NCBI RefSeq assembly: GCF_964355755.1
Contig: NC_092677.1
Coordinates: forward strand, 13,972,101 to 14,036,100
DNA: 64,000 nucleotides
Direction of reading: 5' to 3'
DNA from: Antedon mediterranea
Lineage: Eukaryota > Animalia > Echinodermata
Shown: piece after piece, positions 51,498 through 64,000 of the stretch
Numbering within the stretch: position 1 is the stretch's first letter
Layout of the letters: each line of letters starts with the position of its first letter
Notes under the pieces: model-generated
The model's input: only the letters and a program-made list of their open reading frames with translations
The model's database searches: none
Told to the model about the DNA's origin: nothing
Translations under genes and position numbers: made by a program

Positions 51498-52243
51498 ATC
51501 ATTTCTTAACATATTCATACATATTCATTTTCTAACACATTCATACATAATTATTCATTTCTTAACACAATTCAAACAAATTCATTTCTTAACACATTCA
51601 TACATATTCATATCTTAACACATTCATACATACTCATTTCTTAACACATTCAAACAAATTCATTTCTTAACACATTCATACATATTTCTTAACACATTCT
51701 TACATATTCATTTCTTAACTCATTCATACATATTCATTTCTTAACACAATTCAAACAAATTCATTTCTTAACACATTCATACATACTCATTTCTTAACAC
51801 ATTCATACATATTCATTTCTTAACACATTCATACATATTCATTTCTTAACACATTCATACATATTCATTTCTTAACTCATTCATACATATTCATTTCTTA
51901 ACACATTCATACATATTCATTTCTTAACTCATTCATACATATTCATTTCTTAACACATTCATACATATTCATTTCTTAACTCAATTCAAACAAATTCATT
52001 TCTTAACACATTCATACATATTCATTTCTTAACACATTCATACATATTCATTTCTTAACACATTCATACATATTCATTTCTTAACACATTCATACATATT
52101 CATTTCTTAACACATTCATACATATTCATTTCTTAACACATTCATACATATTCATTTCTTAACACATTCATACATATTCATTTCTTAACACATTCATACA
52201 TATTCATTTCTTAACACATACATATTCATTTCTTAACATATTC
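51498..52243. repeat. 26-bp minisatellite (roughly 28 copies) in TMEM143 intron 3
   Basis: Unit TTCATTTCTTAACACATTCATACATA, with an interspersed variant ..ACAATTCAAACAAA..; G-free on the + strand. Confidence 0.97.
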
Positions 52244-52734
52244 AATAAACATGATATTGAGTAGAAACCTGATGATCAGTAGATGATTATTAAAATCTTT
52301 TCTAGTGGTGCTCCATACAAAATAGCAAAAGATAATTTTATCGTGACCAAAACAAAAAAACTTGAAGCTATACATATTGTTGTCATGACAACAGATGTCC
52401 TACTTGAAACATTATGACATTGAATTTTTAATCAACCTACTGTATTTTGTCTGTTACTAAGTAACCATTTGTTCAATAATGCAACGAAACTTGCAGTAAC
52501 ATTTTAACAGGTCTGACAGTGGATGGCAAAATAAGTATTAAAATATTGAATCCCACATGGGGTTAATTGGGTTAATTTTATTGCATATGTATTACATATG
52601 GAAAGAGAATAAAACAAATCAACAATATTTTTATTTTTGGTATATTGAGCAAATATGTATTATACTTTCGCACTTTTGTGGTGAATTAAATGAACTTTTT
52701 GGTTACCTAATATTTTGTACATGATTACTTTCAG

Positions 52735-53380
52735 GTTAGCGTAGACACAAAAAACTATGATGTGCTTAAGTACTGGGCTCTGGGCAAAGGCACACCAGTC
52801 ATCAACAAACCTTGGTACAACAGATTGGCATCAAGTGCTTTCTACAGAATTTCGAAGCGAACACCACCAAATCCAATTGAATATTTTAAAAGAGTGGTCG
52901 TTGCCGTCAGAACAAAGAACTCTCCAACACTGATGTTGAAAATGTTCAAAGAGGTTCCAGTGACAGCCCTGGAACAGCTTCTGCCAGATGGCAAGATTCA
53001 AATGACCAAATTAGATCAAGGAATTCTTGCCACCATGATAAGCATCGGTAGTCTAAGCATCTTTGTAAAAAGCGTCAGCTACCTCGCCGATTTAAAAGTA
53101 CAGTGGACTTTGATAGCAGCCTCTGTAACTGGACTTCTAGCATTGAACGCATTTAACAGCTATAAGAACCGGCGCACACGTTACATGGTTAAGTTGTCGC
53201 ACATGTTGTATTACAAGAACATTGCTAATAATCGTGGGTTGTTGACGCTTCTTGTTGATCGGGCAGAAGATGAAGCGTTGAAAGAGGTGCTTTTAGTTTA
53301 TGCATTTCTTCTAACTCAAAGAAATTCTTCAACTCTAACAAGTGAAACCCTTTCAACCAGCAATGCATTATCAGTAATAG
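52735..53380 (+). CDS. TMEM143: TMEM143 exon 4 (DUF3754-like core, two hydrophobic helices)
   Basis: tactttcag| ... ATAG|gtaagt; 646 nt, phase 0/1; VSVDTKNYDVLKYWALG..YFKRVVVAVR..LKMFKEVP..LEQLLP..LSHMLYYKNIANNRGLL..RAEDEALKEVLLVYAFL. Confidence 0.95.
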
Positions 53381-53862
53381 GTAAGTATTATTTACCATAG
53401 TGATTTTAAAACACACCACCAGACTACACAGCTATCAAGTAGGAAAGTCGTTCTGTGCACACTTAGGAACATAAGCATGCGCAGAATGATTTTTGGTCAC
53501 AATAGCTACATATTCAAGAGGCGTGTTTTGGAATCGAAAAATCACTGTCATGATTTTAAAAATTAATACAAGAAGCTGCCATTTCTGAGAATTATAGTAT
53601 ATAAAAGTGTGTTCTAAAAAAATACACATAAAACTAAATATTTTGTTCAATATTCTAACATTTTAATTAATTTAATTTTAATAAACAGGATCTTTCTAGA
53701 ATACAGCATACTTTTTAGCTGAATTTACAATATATTTTATGATTTTTTATGACAGTTATATCAATTATAATAATAAAAAAATATACATACAAAATATTCT
53801 TGTTAACAACATATATAAATAATAAAAATGATTTTAATAGTAAATAACATTTTCAATTTTAG

Positions 53863-54176
53863 GTGGATTATCATCATCAGATTTGGAACACAAAATTGAA
53901 TCTTGGGTAAAAAGTAAAACAGCAGGCAACATCCGCTTTGACAGTAAGAGTGCCACCAACCTTCTGCAGGACTTTGGCATAATGGTTGATAGTGACGATA
54001 GTCTTGCAGTGGTGCCATTAGATGCTGCCCTCTTGAGTCTCCCTAGGAAACATGTATCAATTCTTGAGCGAGCTAAGGAGTCTGATTTAGAAGAAGACTA
54101 TGATAAGGTGTACTTTGAAGAAGAGACAAGTTATAAATTAAAAGATAGAAAACAGAAAAAGCATGGATGGAAATGA
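53863..54176 (+). CDS. TMEM143: TMEM143 exon 5 (terminal)
   Basis: caattttag|, phase 1, continues GGLSSSDLEHKIESWV..IRFDSKSATNLLQDFG; stop TGA 54174-54176. Assembled protein about 520 aa. Confidence 0.9.
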
Positions 54177-57100
54177 GGTTATAGCATAACCAACAGACTA
54201 TAGATTTAAAAAGACACAGATTAAATTGTTTTAAAGGAGGAATGCAATATCAACCATATTATACTATAATATATATATATATAGTTTATATATTATAATA
54301 TAATTAACTATATTGAATTGTGGTTCATAAGATTTACTACAAATAGTTAGAAAGGATCACATTGTTTACGCCAAATAAGGGCAATTTCGCATTATATTGG
54401 AGTGGTTTGTAAAATCAATATTTCCCTCTTACAAAAATTACTCATTAAAAAAATTGAATTACACAGATTCCTATACAAGCAATATTTTTAAAATATTGCA
54501 CACAGTATGTCTGTTTTATGGCACTAATTTTCAAATAGTGTGCCACTCACTACTTGTTTAGTGCACAGTCTAATTTACTGTATACTTTCTGTACAATGAA
54601 GATGTTGTTTCAAGACCTCTAATTTTTCAATGGTGTATGTTCTATGAACCCTATTTATCTATAGTGCACTAGCTATACATGTATTACTTTTCAAACAGTA
54701 TATAATCTATATACTGTTTGAAACAGTTGCCCAAGCTGTTTGCCAAGTCTAAATCATACTGGGCACTTGGTAGTTAAATGCCCAACTCTTACAAACAACC
54801 CTAATCTTTTTTTCAATTAGACCTACAAAAATACTAACTTAATATTGTTGTATTTATTCTAATAAATTATTTAGTGCATATTACTTATTAGTTTCTAAAT
54901 ATTGCAGTTCTGGAATTCTGAGATTCTCGTCAAGTTTAAATTCTGTATTCTGCGCAGGCATTGTCCTTATCAAGCGTGCTTGTTGGCTGGCTCTGCATTG
55001 TTGGTAGTAAAACTGCAAAATAATATGCATCTTCAGTGAATGCAAAACAATATGCTGCATTTAAATCCTTTTTTATCTGTCCCTGCATATATATTTTATG
55101 CAAGGGTAATATAAAACAGACTATTTCCCTGCTAGCAGGGCATATTCAAATATCAGCTGCCAGAAAGTGTGAATTTCCACATCATACATGGTACAGTATA
55201 TTAAATGTATTTTATATTTCAGGTAAAATATTCTATTAATTAAATTTACGCCCTAAGAGATTGTCATATAATTCCACAATTTAAAACACAATAAATAAGA
55301 TTAGAAATTGAAATTACATATTTTATTTCTGAATGAATTAATGGAAAGATAATGGCGTGGACAAAAATAAACGTAGTAAATGTGTTCATATTTAATTCAT
55401 TTACAGTTTATACTTTCAGGTTTGTTTTGAAACAGTTTAAAGAATTGTTTACAATTCATAAGCATAATGAAATAAAATGTTTTAAAGACAAACTGTAAAT
55501 TTGCTTTGTTCTGTTTAGTTGGTCGTCATTAATGCGTGGTTCCCACTAGTGACGCAACACAACGATGTAATGGACTTGACCAATCACAAGTGATGACCTG
55601 TCGCTTATCATTGGTCAACTCAATTGCGCCGCGCCTACGCCCTTAATGGTTAATGCATTATAATAAAACATTATTCACCAGCATAACATTTTTCAAAATG
55701 TTTTTTAAAAAGCAGTGATTTGTAGATGTGTGTATTTCATTAAAATCATAATTTTCAAATTTATCTTTATCAATTCTATTTTTATTTGCCTTGTTGTTAT
55801 CAAATGTTTATTATATAAATATTGAAAATTGCAATCTGGCAGTGATCTGAAAATGAAACTATTGTAAACACAACATTAAAAGTGGAAATTACAATAAATG
55901 GTATTTGTTTGTTTAATTTAGGTGCATGGTGTTATATAAGACATTGGCATCTCATTTGCATCTTGGTGTTGTACAGTTGGGTAATTCTGCCTTTTGTTCA
56001 CTTGTGTTTTCAAAGGTAAACAAGCCACTGTACTAAAAGTGTCCTGCTCTGAATTCTAGTTTGGATTTATAATTACTGTATAACTTGTTTGGATATATTG
56101 ATAGAACATTTTGAGATAATTGCTATGTATTTCACTGTGGATTATAATTTACTTGGATATATATATGTATATAGGCATCATTGTGATGAAGTTTTCAAGA
56201 TAGTTTTGTTAATGGAGGACCAAAGACTGTAGAAAATGATGTACAAGGTATGTAAATAATATTGACCAATCACTGGTCTTGTTTTTAAAAAAAAACCTGT
56301 CTTATGATCTGTACTAGGGTAAATGTACATCATTTAGTTTAATAAATTTTAAATGCTTGCATTTCAAACATTTGGCTCTGTTACAGTATCAGATATGGTT
56401 TTTTTTACACTTTATTTCTTATACAGAATTTTATATGCACTGTACAATTTGATGGTAGGCCTACTGTACACATCTGTTTTATGATGGTGTTTTCTTTGCC
56501 TGTATTTTATTCCAGTACCAGCATATTATTTGATAGTATTTTTTTAAAACATAATTGAGTAGCCTATCATAAACATCAAAGTTATAATCATTATAACTTG
56601 GATGTAGTACGGTACGTCACAGAGGGATGAACTTGCTTATTTTAAACCTATCGTTTTGACTTTGTTCTAAAATGCCTTCCTGTGTTTCAAATATCAAATG
56701 TAGGTCTAAATCTCATTTAATAGATATTTTAATGGTGTGGTGATGTCACTTGGTCACACCAACCATACAGTTTACTAAAAACTAAAAAATCATCTTTTCT
56801 TTCTCAATTTATACACCACTAATTTAAAAACATGAAAAGAATATTGTCCCACTCTATGTTGGCACGTTAATGGCGCGACTGCTGTATCACCGACTAACGT
56901 AATTTTATGTTAACTGTTGGCATAATTGTAACTTGACTATTGTTTATCATCATTAACATCCAAGTGATGGTCAGCCCACTGCTTTACTGCACTTGATAAA
57001 TTGTCACCGAGCGGTTAAAACGAGGGAAGTGCAAACCACAGTAATGAATCAGGCATATTGAAAAGGCACTCCTTGTTCTGGAGGTAAAAAAAATCTTCTG

Positions 57101-58173
57101 GAATAAAAATTAAAACTAGAGGTTTAATGTACACATCTGGTCAGTGTGTCTTTTGAAATCACCATTTTAGCCTCTGTCGTTTTATACAGTAAAAGCAATC
57201 GCTTTGTTACAGAACAGCAAGCGTGGCCCTATCCCAACGAAAAGGGAACTAAACTCTTGCATGTCTCACACAAATTTTGTAATGAACATAATCTTTTCAT
57301 TTCATTCATGACTTACATGCTGGTTGTGCATTGACTAATTTGCATTTTGACTAATTTATTAATTAATTAATTTTTGTGAAAGGAGTCGAACCTCGATTAG
57401 TGAAAGCTATTTTTTTTTGGCTCCCTTTGAAAGAAAGAATTTAAAAAGAAAAAAGAAAACAAATTTCATTTATACATTTTTAAACATTTTAATAATAGGC
57501 AAGTGGTTATAATAGCAGAGTCTGATAGACTTGAATAATGTTAAGTTTAACAGAAATTTCATAACATTCTTTTGTTGAGTATAGGTAACATTTCCTAGTT
57601 GTATACTAAGGCATTAATATATGTTAATACATTTGAAAAGAAATAATACATTTTAAACAATAATTGCATTGAACATAAATAACACAAAAACATGAAGCGT
57701 TATACATATCTGTAAATAGTAAATTAGTTGGGTATAATATGAAGATGCAGTTTAGATAAATACAATGTACATATTGCACAAACATTTTTATATTTACAGT
57801 ACATGAGCAAACTAATAAATATACTGGTTTATAAACTTTATTATCAGAATTCTAGATTTTCGCATGATCCTTGAAGCCTTTGTGATGACTACAGAAAAAC
57901 ATATATGATTATAATACAAATATAATATATCACAATTTTATATTAACAAAAATACGGATAGGTAGCATCCCAAACAGATCCTACACTCTCTATTTATATA
58001 AACCATACAGTACCTACGATATGGAGAAGTTAGACAAAGGGTTATTTGGGAACAATACAAGAAGATTGACTGCTACTGAAAAATGTAACGATTTGGTCCT
58101 TAGCATTTAGCACACACATTTAACATTTATTAGTTTTTATCAATGGTAAAGCAATACATTAAAAGAGTGGTAA

Positions 58174-58540
58174 TTTTTTTTAAATTTTTTTTTTTATTTT
58201 ATTCAATCGAAACCAACAGCGATAATTACCGCCACTAACAGGTTTGATACAAACAAAGCCAGGACTGTTTAAAGCACCTTGATTGGTCCTGACATTGATC
58301 AAGGGCTTCTCTCGTCCAGTGCCCACCTTGACCAGAGGTCTGAGGCAGATACTAGATGCAGGGGCTGCCATAAGAGTCAGCAGTACTGATTTCAAATGCC
58401 TATGCCTAACGGGACCCCAGCTCCGTATACAGCACCCGCTATTCCCAGATGGTCTCCCATCCAAGCTCTAACCAGGCCCAACGTTGCTTAACTTCGGTGA
58501 TCTGACGAGAACCGGTGTTTCAACGTGGTAAAGCTGCGAC
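58174..58540 (-). mobile_element. 5S rRNA-derived SINE (SINE3)
   Basis: Minus 58540-58428 is a near full-length 5S copy (ACCACGTTGAAACACCGGTTCTCGTCAGATCACCGAAGTTAAGCAACGT..TGGATGGGAGACC..GGGTGCTGTA) with A box and C box. It has altered ends and no oligo-T terminator, and continues into ~225 nt of unrelated body ending in AATAAA and an A-rich tail. Confidence 0.85.
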
Positions 58541-59792
58541 AATACAAAAATACCATTAATAGAGGATCTTGTAAGAAATTGTCACGCAAGACCCATAAAC
58601 AAAAAGAAAAAAAAAACACATTTGTATTATTATATCTAGAGATTATCATTATATTTTTCTATCTGACTTTTTTTTATTAATTTAGATAATCCAATATTAT
58701 AATCATTATATGGTATTGAATTCAAGAGGTTTTTTTATTCTGAAATTGTAACTTATAAAATGCCGATTTCTAAAGGTCAATAAAAGTTCTGTATTACTGT
58801 ATATCCAATAGTCTTATTGTAACTCTGGTACCCACCCCTTAAAAATAGATAGATGGTCCTGGTTTGTTTTTATCCAAGGACTAGCATTAGTAATAGGAAA
58901 TATCATGTAAGAATCAAATAAGAAAAAAAAAAATTTACTTCATGTTTGGGTAGGGTTTATACCCCAGGTTGAACTCACCAATGTCAGTACGTCACCTGAC
59001 ACAAATGTATAAATATATATTCATATCTAGGTTAAATTTAAATGTCCAATTCTAAGTCTTATTTTTTAGGTAACGCACTAGTGATTATTACATATACCTT
59101 TTAAACACTTTAATAGCAATGCAATATAACTATATAATATCATAAAATATATTTTCAGTAGTCATGTCATGCAAAAATATTGTATAATATGTTTAAAAAA
59201 TTGTTATTATTGTACATGAAGAAAATATATATCTCCCAACCCCTTTTTTCAATCATATCATAAAAATGTTATCCTCTTTATGAAAATATGTCTTTACAAA
59301 AATAATTTCAAATTTCATAATGCAACTTTACCCTCATGATATTGTATTAATCTTAAAGGAATGCAAATATGATATTATTTGGTATTTAATAGTTGAGTTG
59401 TTTATCTTGATTAGATTAGCATGGGATTCAGGCTGTGATGTACGTTGCAATAAGATGTACTGTAGGCCATCAATATATAATTTACTGGCTGAGGGCCAAT
59501 TAATTAGCACCAAAGTAACTAGAATATCCATTAAAGGAAGATGCATCATTTAGAGTGAGGATTATTACTGCAACTATTTATCACAGTTTAGCTGACATAT
59601 GAGTAATTAATGAAATACATTTATACTAAATAAACCTATACATGTTGAGATGGCTCCTTTATTCCTAAGGTGTGCCTTGTAGCATAGCATTAGAGATGTT
59701 CACTATAATATATCTATGCTTGTTGAGAGCAATAAACAAAAAGAATAATACCAACCCCCCCCCCCCCCCTCCAAAAAAAATACTGAAGAATA

Positions 59793-60062
59793 GCACCTGT
59801 GTCTTTGAGTTGATATTAATAATTTCACCTGTGTATTTGAGTATGCAAAACGTTGGATTGCTACTAATAACACCTGGGCCTTAGAATATGCAAAGTATTG
59901 GATTGCCATTAATAATAACACCCTGTGTCTTTGCATTTGAAAAACATACTTTTGATTTTTATAATTAATTTTACCTGTGTATTTGAGTATGAGTTTAGAG
60001 TATTTAAAGCATTGGATTGCTATAACAAAACCACCTGTGTCTTTGAGTATGCAAAACATTGC
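59793..60062. repeat. Degenerate ~46-bp tandem repeat
   Basis: CACCTGTGT(C/A)TTTGAGTATGCAAAA..TTGGATTGC recurs about 6 times. Confidence 0.75.
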
Positions 60063-60115
60063 TAATTAATAATTTCAGTTGATACAACATACTGCAGCAT
60101 ACTGGACATATTTCA

Positions 60116-60246
60116 TCATGATACCCCTGGTATTTTGCGCTTTATTTTATTGATACTTTTTTGCAGACTTGTCACTGGTTTTTCTTCTATAACCTTCTCC
60201 ACCTTGTAATGTTCATTTATGTTGCCAATTATCATATTAATTTGAA
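60116..60246 (-). CDS. KIAA0513: KIAA0513-like, last clearly supported coding exon
   Basis: Acceptor ttatttttcag|, phase 1; FQINMIIGNINEHYKVEKVIEEKP..KRKIPGVS*. May instead splice at GGG|gtatca to a further exon near 57888. Confidence 0.7.
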
Positions 60247-60702
60247 CTGAAAAATAAAATGTACAGTAATGGATATTTAGAATTTAGAAAACTGCCTCTC
60301 CCTCTTTCAATGATGCAACTTATTTAAGATTAATTAAGATTTAATAGTCCAAGTGATCTCTTGCTTCACACTAATGGTGCATTTTCTCCAGATTGATTTG
60401 AATACAGCATATGATAAAAACATCACAATAGTGAACAAAATTTACCAATTATGCTTTACTATAAGCCTCTGCGGTTTACTAAAGGCAAAAAAATAAATTA
60501 CCAACATATTTTCCAAATTTAGTTATTAAAAAAACACACAATGTACATTGTCAGTTTGCATAGATGCTGAGCTGAGCACCCCCGAATTTAATTTTATATC
60601 ATTGTCTTATGTGTTCTAAATATTTAATTTTCCCAGGGAACTTTGGGCAATGCAGCAATGTCTCGGCTATTTGCCTACTAATTGCTAACAAACAGAACTC
60701 AC

Positions 60703-60878
60703 AGTCATTAAGGCTTCCAATAACACTTTGCTTATCCACAAATTCTTCACACATGCTACGTGGTAGGCCAAGGTGCATCATGTTATGTACAAACGCTGCC
60801 AGTTGACCAAATGTAATGTTTTCGTGAAGTAACTCTGTGTTCTCCCGTTCTTCTTGAGTTTGTTTCCCCCAATTTTCT
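60703..60878 (-). CDS. KIAA0513: KIAA0513-like exon
   Basis: ttttaaag| ... T|gtgagt; 176 nt, phase 2/1; [58 protein letters not shown] (human as recalled: [57 protein letters not shown]). Confidence 0.92.
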
Positions 60879-61444
60879 CTTTAAAAACATAAAAAATGCT
60901 GTTAGTAAAACTTTTCACTTAAAGCTTTTTTTTTATCAGCAAATAATTCAATTCATGCTTTCAATTCATGTTTATTAAACAAACAGGGGCGAAGATCCAG
61001 GGGGAATGTTCTTCTTGATATTTAGTTTTGGCAGACTATTGATATGTTAATAGTGTTCCTCCATTTAAACCATTTTTAAAACAATATTTGTTCATGTATA
61101 AAGCCTGCTTTGTTGTGTAAATGAAACCGAAACAATAAAAACAGTATATGGTTTGTTATTCTTTATCCAAAGCCATGGATTTGTTTGCATACTGCATATA
61201 AATGTGGAATACTTTACATTGAAAATGTTAAAACTTCCTGGTTTTACACTACCTGCTGCATAGTATGGTAGGCAGCAATATTTAATGTGTGGTAAAGGGG
61301 AAGCATTCTAAGAATAGAGTGTTAAATCCAATGTACACTAGGCATGTAGATTTAGTTTTCTGGCGTATTTCTCAGGAAATGGTGCTTTTTTGCAAAAGGG
61401 AAATAACTCGGGGCGAAAAAACAGGTCTAGCGTTTTATCCTCAC

Positions 61445-61522
61445 CTTCCAGTAGGCATCCTTTTCTTTTTTTCTGAGTGAACTGAATCCATAAAGGCAGC
61501 TGTCCAAAAACGCTGATCCCTC
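61445..61522 (-). CDS. KIAA0513: KIAA0513-like exon
   Basis: ttgtttag| ... AG|gtgagg; 78 nt, phase 2/2; (W)RDQRFWTAAFMDSVHSEKKKRMPTG(R) (human LRFWNAAFFDAVHCER). Confidence 0.92.
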
Positions 61523-61742
61523 CTAAACAACAAAACAAAGGATTTAAATTAAAATAAGAAGAATACAATAATCATAAATAATAAATATATAAACAAAGGT
61601 CACAGTAATAAATAATAATTAGCATAAAACAAAGGTCACAATAAAGTACTCTAATATTAAATTGTAATTGAATAAATGCTGTACGTATATTCAATGTATA
61701 TCTGTCAATCCTGTCTATGAGCAAGATATAATTGTGACTGCT

Positions 61743-62205
61743 AATCAATCAATCAATCGTTCGATTTATATAGCGCCATTCCAACATTCATTGCTCATGG
61801 CGCTGTAAAAAATCAGAAAAGGTGAGTTTTGAGTAGTGACTTAAAGTGACTCAATAATGATGTGTGTTTAATGTTCAAGGGTAGGTGGTTCCAGAGCCTA
61901 GGTCCAGCAACACTGAAAGTCCGATCTCCCCAACTATGTTTGCTCCTTGGAATGTCCAGTAGCACCTGATGACTAGATCTTAGTTCTCGCTTTCCCTTCT
62001 TGACTGTCAACAATTCTGAGAGATATTTTGGAGCGCAACTATTTAGGCATCGGAACACCCGCAGCAGGATCTTAAATTTAACACGTGACTCCATGGGTAG
62101 CCAATTTAACTCTTTGAACAATGGTGTGACGTGATCATACTTCTTGGCACACATCACCAAGCGAGCTGCCCAATTTTGCACCTTCTGGAGAGTCCGCAAC
62201 AATAA
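61743..62205 (-). mobile_element. 5'-truncated L2-clade LINE in a KIAA0513-like intron
   Basis: Open frame LQKVQNWAARLV..YDHVTPLFKELNWLP..RVKFKIL..APKYLSELL..GDRTFSVAGPRLWNHLP..FKSLLKTHLF; 3' stem-loop AGCGCCAT..ATGGCGCT and (GATT)n tail. Confidence 0.92.
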
Positions 62206-63848
62206 TTTTTCATACTGTAATGATTGCTTGCAATAACATTTGTCGTATTGTAATGATTTATTATTATTAAAGTTTTTTGTTTTTTTTCGCTTAAACATAT
62301 ACAACAATGAACTATTACAATACATATTATTAAATTATTCTAGACTATGAATAATTGGTTAACAACATATAAATTAAAGGAAACACGATTGATTATATTA
62401 TATCACCTCAAGGGTTCTGTTGTCATTGTGAAATGTCTGAGGAATTCCTTGTCATTTATTATTATACAAAATAATTTTACTACAACATTTATTAATAGTT
62501 GATGTAAGTTTCCCAATGATTTTATTTAACTACTTTCAGAGTGATGTTACATGGGAAATTTTGTTCATTTTAGAATTGGAATTAAATTATGATTACCTAA
62601 TACAATATGCATTCAATTAGAGGACATTATATATTAGGAACAATTTGGTGAAATTGAAAATTAGGTTTTAATTAAAACCAATAAGTTTGACAAAAACAGA
62701 GGAAATACTTAGATACAACTCACTACAACTGTCACGCAATATTTTGGGCCTATGTTCAATTCTATTGTTACAATAGTTTCTTGTAAGCATTTTGGGGCCA
62801 TTTTCCTACATTTTAAAAGCACATAAATGCTAGACATTTTTAATCTTTGAAATTACTAGCTATACCTTATATCCTAACTTTCCCTACCCCACTTTTCTCA
62901 TTTGAAACAGAATCTGAAAAAGAAGTATTGTTTATTTTCTGCATTTTAGATTAGTATTTAAAGTGAAAGAAAACTCTGATCCCCTTTATAGATAAAAGTC
63001 AATAGGTAAGAAATTGAATGACCAAATTAGCTATTTGTCAACAAAATTAATTACACAATTAACAAACTGACCTAATAAACTTTTAAATTAATACTCAAGA
63101 GAGTCCCCAATGATGATGCCTCTTGTAATACACTCAATTTAATCTTTGTGTTAATCAGAATAGGTAAATTGTTATTCTGACACTTTTCCTTTCATATCGT
63201 TATAAACCATAGTATTGAAATACAGTTTTAAAACAGAGCAATTATGTAATTGTTAATGTGATTAAAATAATACTGTAACTTTATTAAATTTTCTTTAAAC
63301 AAAATGAAAGTGTACAGCTGGGTTTCTATTTGACTTTTACTGGTTATAATTCCATCTGAGTGTTTAACTTTTGGAACTTCCCCTAAAATCTTGTGGTCAA
63401 GAATATGCTGTAAAATCTTAACCTTTATCCTTGTAGGTATCAAGCACAACATTTGCAATACTGTATATTACAGGATATGTTGTTGCAAAATTCAAATTAA
63501 CAAATAAGTATGCATTTTTTGATACAGAAAGTTTTGTAGGACCTAATTGTCTATTTCGTGCCTAGCATACCTGGATAAACCGACAATAGCCTGTGCTCTT
63601 CAGAGGGAGGACTTAGATACGAAAAATAAAAACTTCCTATAGAGAACCCCCTTTACCATAATATACTAGTATGCAACCACAGCCTCATGTGGAAAAGTTC
63701 CGACATCCTCACCATGACGTATAATACAAGCGTGATATGTCTTCATTCGAAAAGAAGCCCATACTACTAACTTGAAAAGAAGCCCAGTGGATTTCGTTGA
63801 ATTGATATACAGTACATTATTACTCAAAGTTTATAGTAAAACACTTAC

Positions 63849-63918
63849 CATATTTTTTGATTATTCAGATGTGTATATAGGTAGCTTTGGTGGGTGGTAT
63901 CATCATTGCATGGAATAC
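63849..63918 (-). CDS. KIAA0513: KIAA0513-like exon (gene continues beyond window end)
   Basis: ctgtttccag| ... TG|gtaagt; 70 nt, phase 1/2; IPCNDDTTHQSYLYTHLNNQKIW (human YLYTHLKQQPIW); joins the next exon in frame. Confidence 0.88.
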
Positions 63919-64000
63919 CTGGAAACAGAAAAATAATAAATAAATGGCTATATAAATTGAACGATTGATTGATTATCATTTAAAGTAATAAGGAATGGAT

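Noticed and set aside
58180-58471. ORFs over the SINE3, and calling 58428-58540 a functional 5S rRNA gene
   Set aside because: The ORFs are incidental. The 5S part has non-pairing altered ends, no terminator, and runs into a SINE-like body and tail.
61813-62325. 170-aa ORF as a host gene
   Set aside because: It is an L2 ORF2 C-terminus fused by chance to AT-rich flank.

Overview
AT-rich, intron-containing animal genomic DNA (invertebrate-like; the taxon cannot be fixed from sequence alone). Three spliced genes are supported. (1) A p130Cas/BCAR1-NEDD9 family adaptor on +, with an SH3 exon at 37607-37837 and one large terminal exon at 44873-46867; its start exon is unresolved and the first ~37 kb is probably its 5' intron/upstream region. 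(2) A complete five-exon TMEM143 on + (49877-54176). (3) The 3' exons of a KIAA0513-like gene on -, running in from beyond the window end. Non-coding DNA holds a tandem Helentron-type non-autonomous element carrying a Pol III-like cassette, a 5S-derived SINE, a tRNA-headed Deu/Nin-domain SINE, truncated LINEs, MITEs and minisatellites. The most unusual signal is a large excess of TA-N(2-4)-TA micro-palindromes, chiefly TACAGTA/TACTGTA, the canonical Sleeping Beauty/Tc1-mariner excision footprint. They often occur in mixed chains, and a TA-GGCC-TA variant dominates at the TMEM143 5' end. No CRISPR or prokaryotic system is present. All family assignments are from recalled sequences, not database searches.
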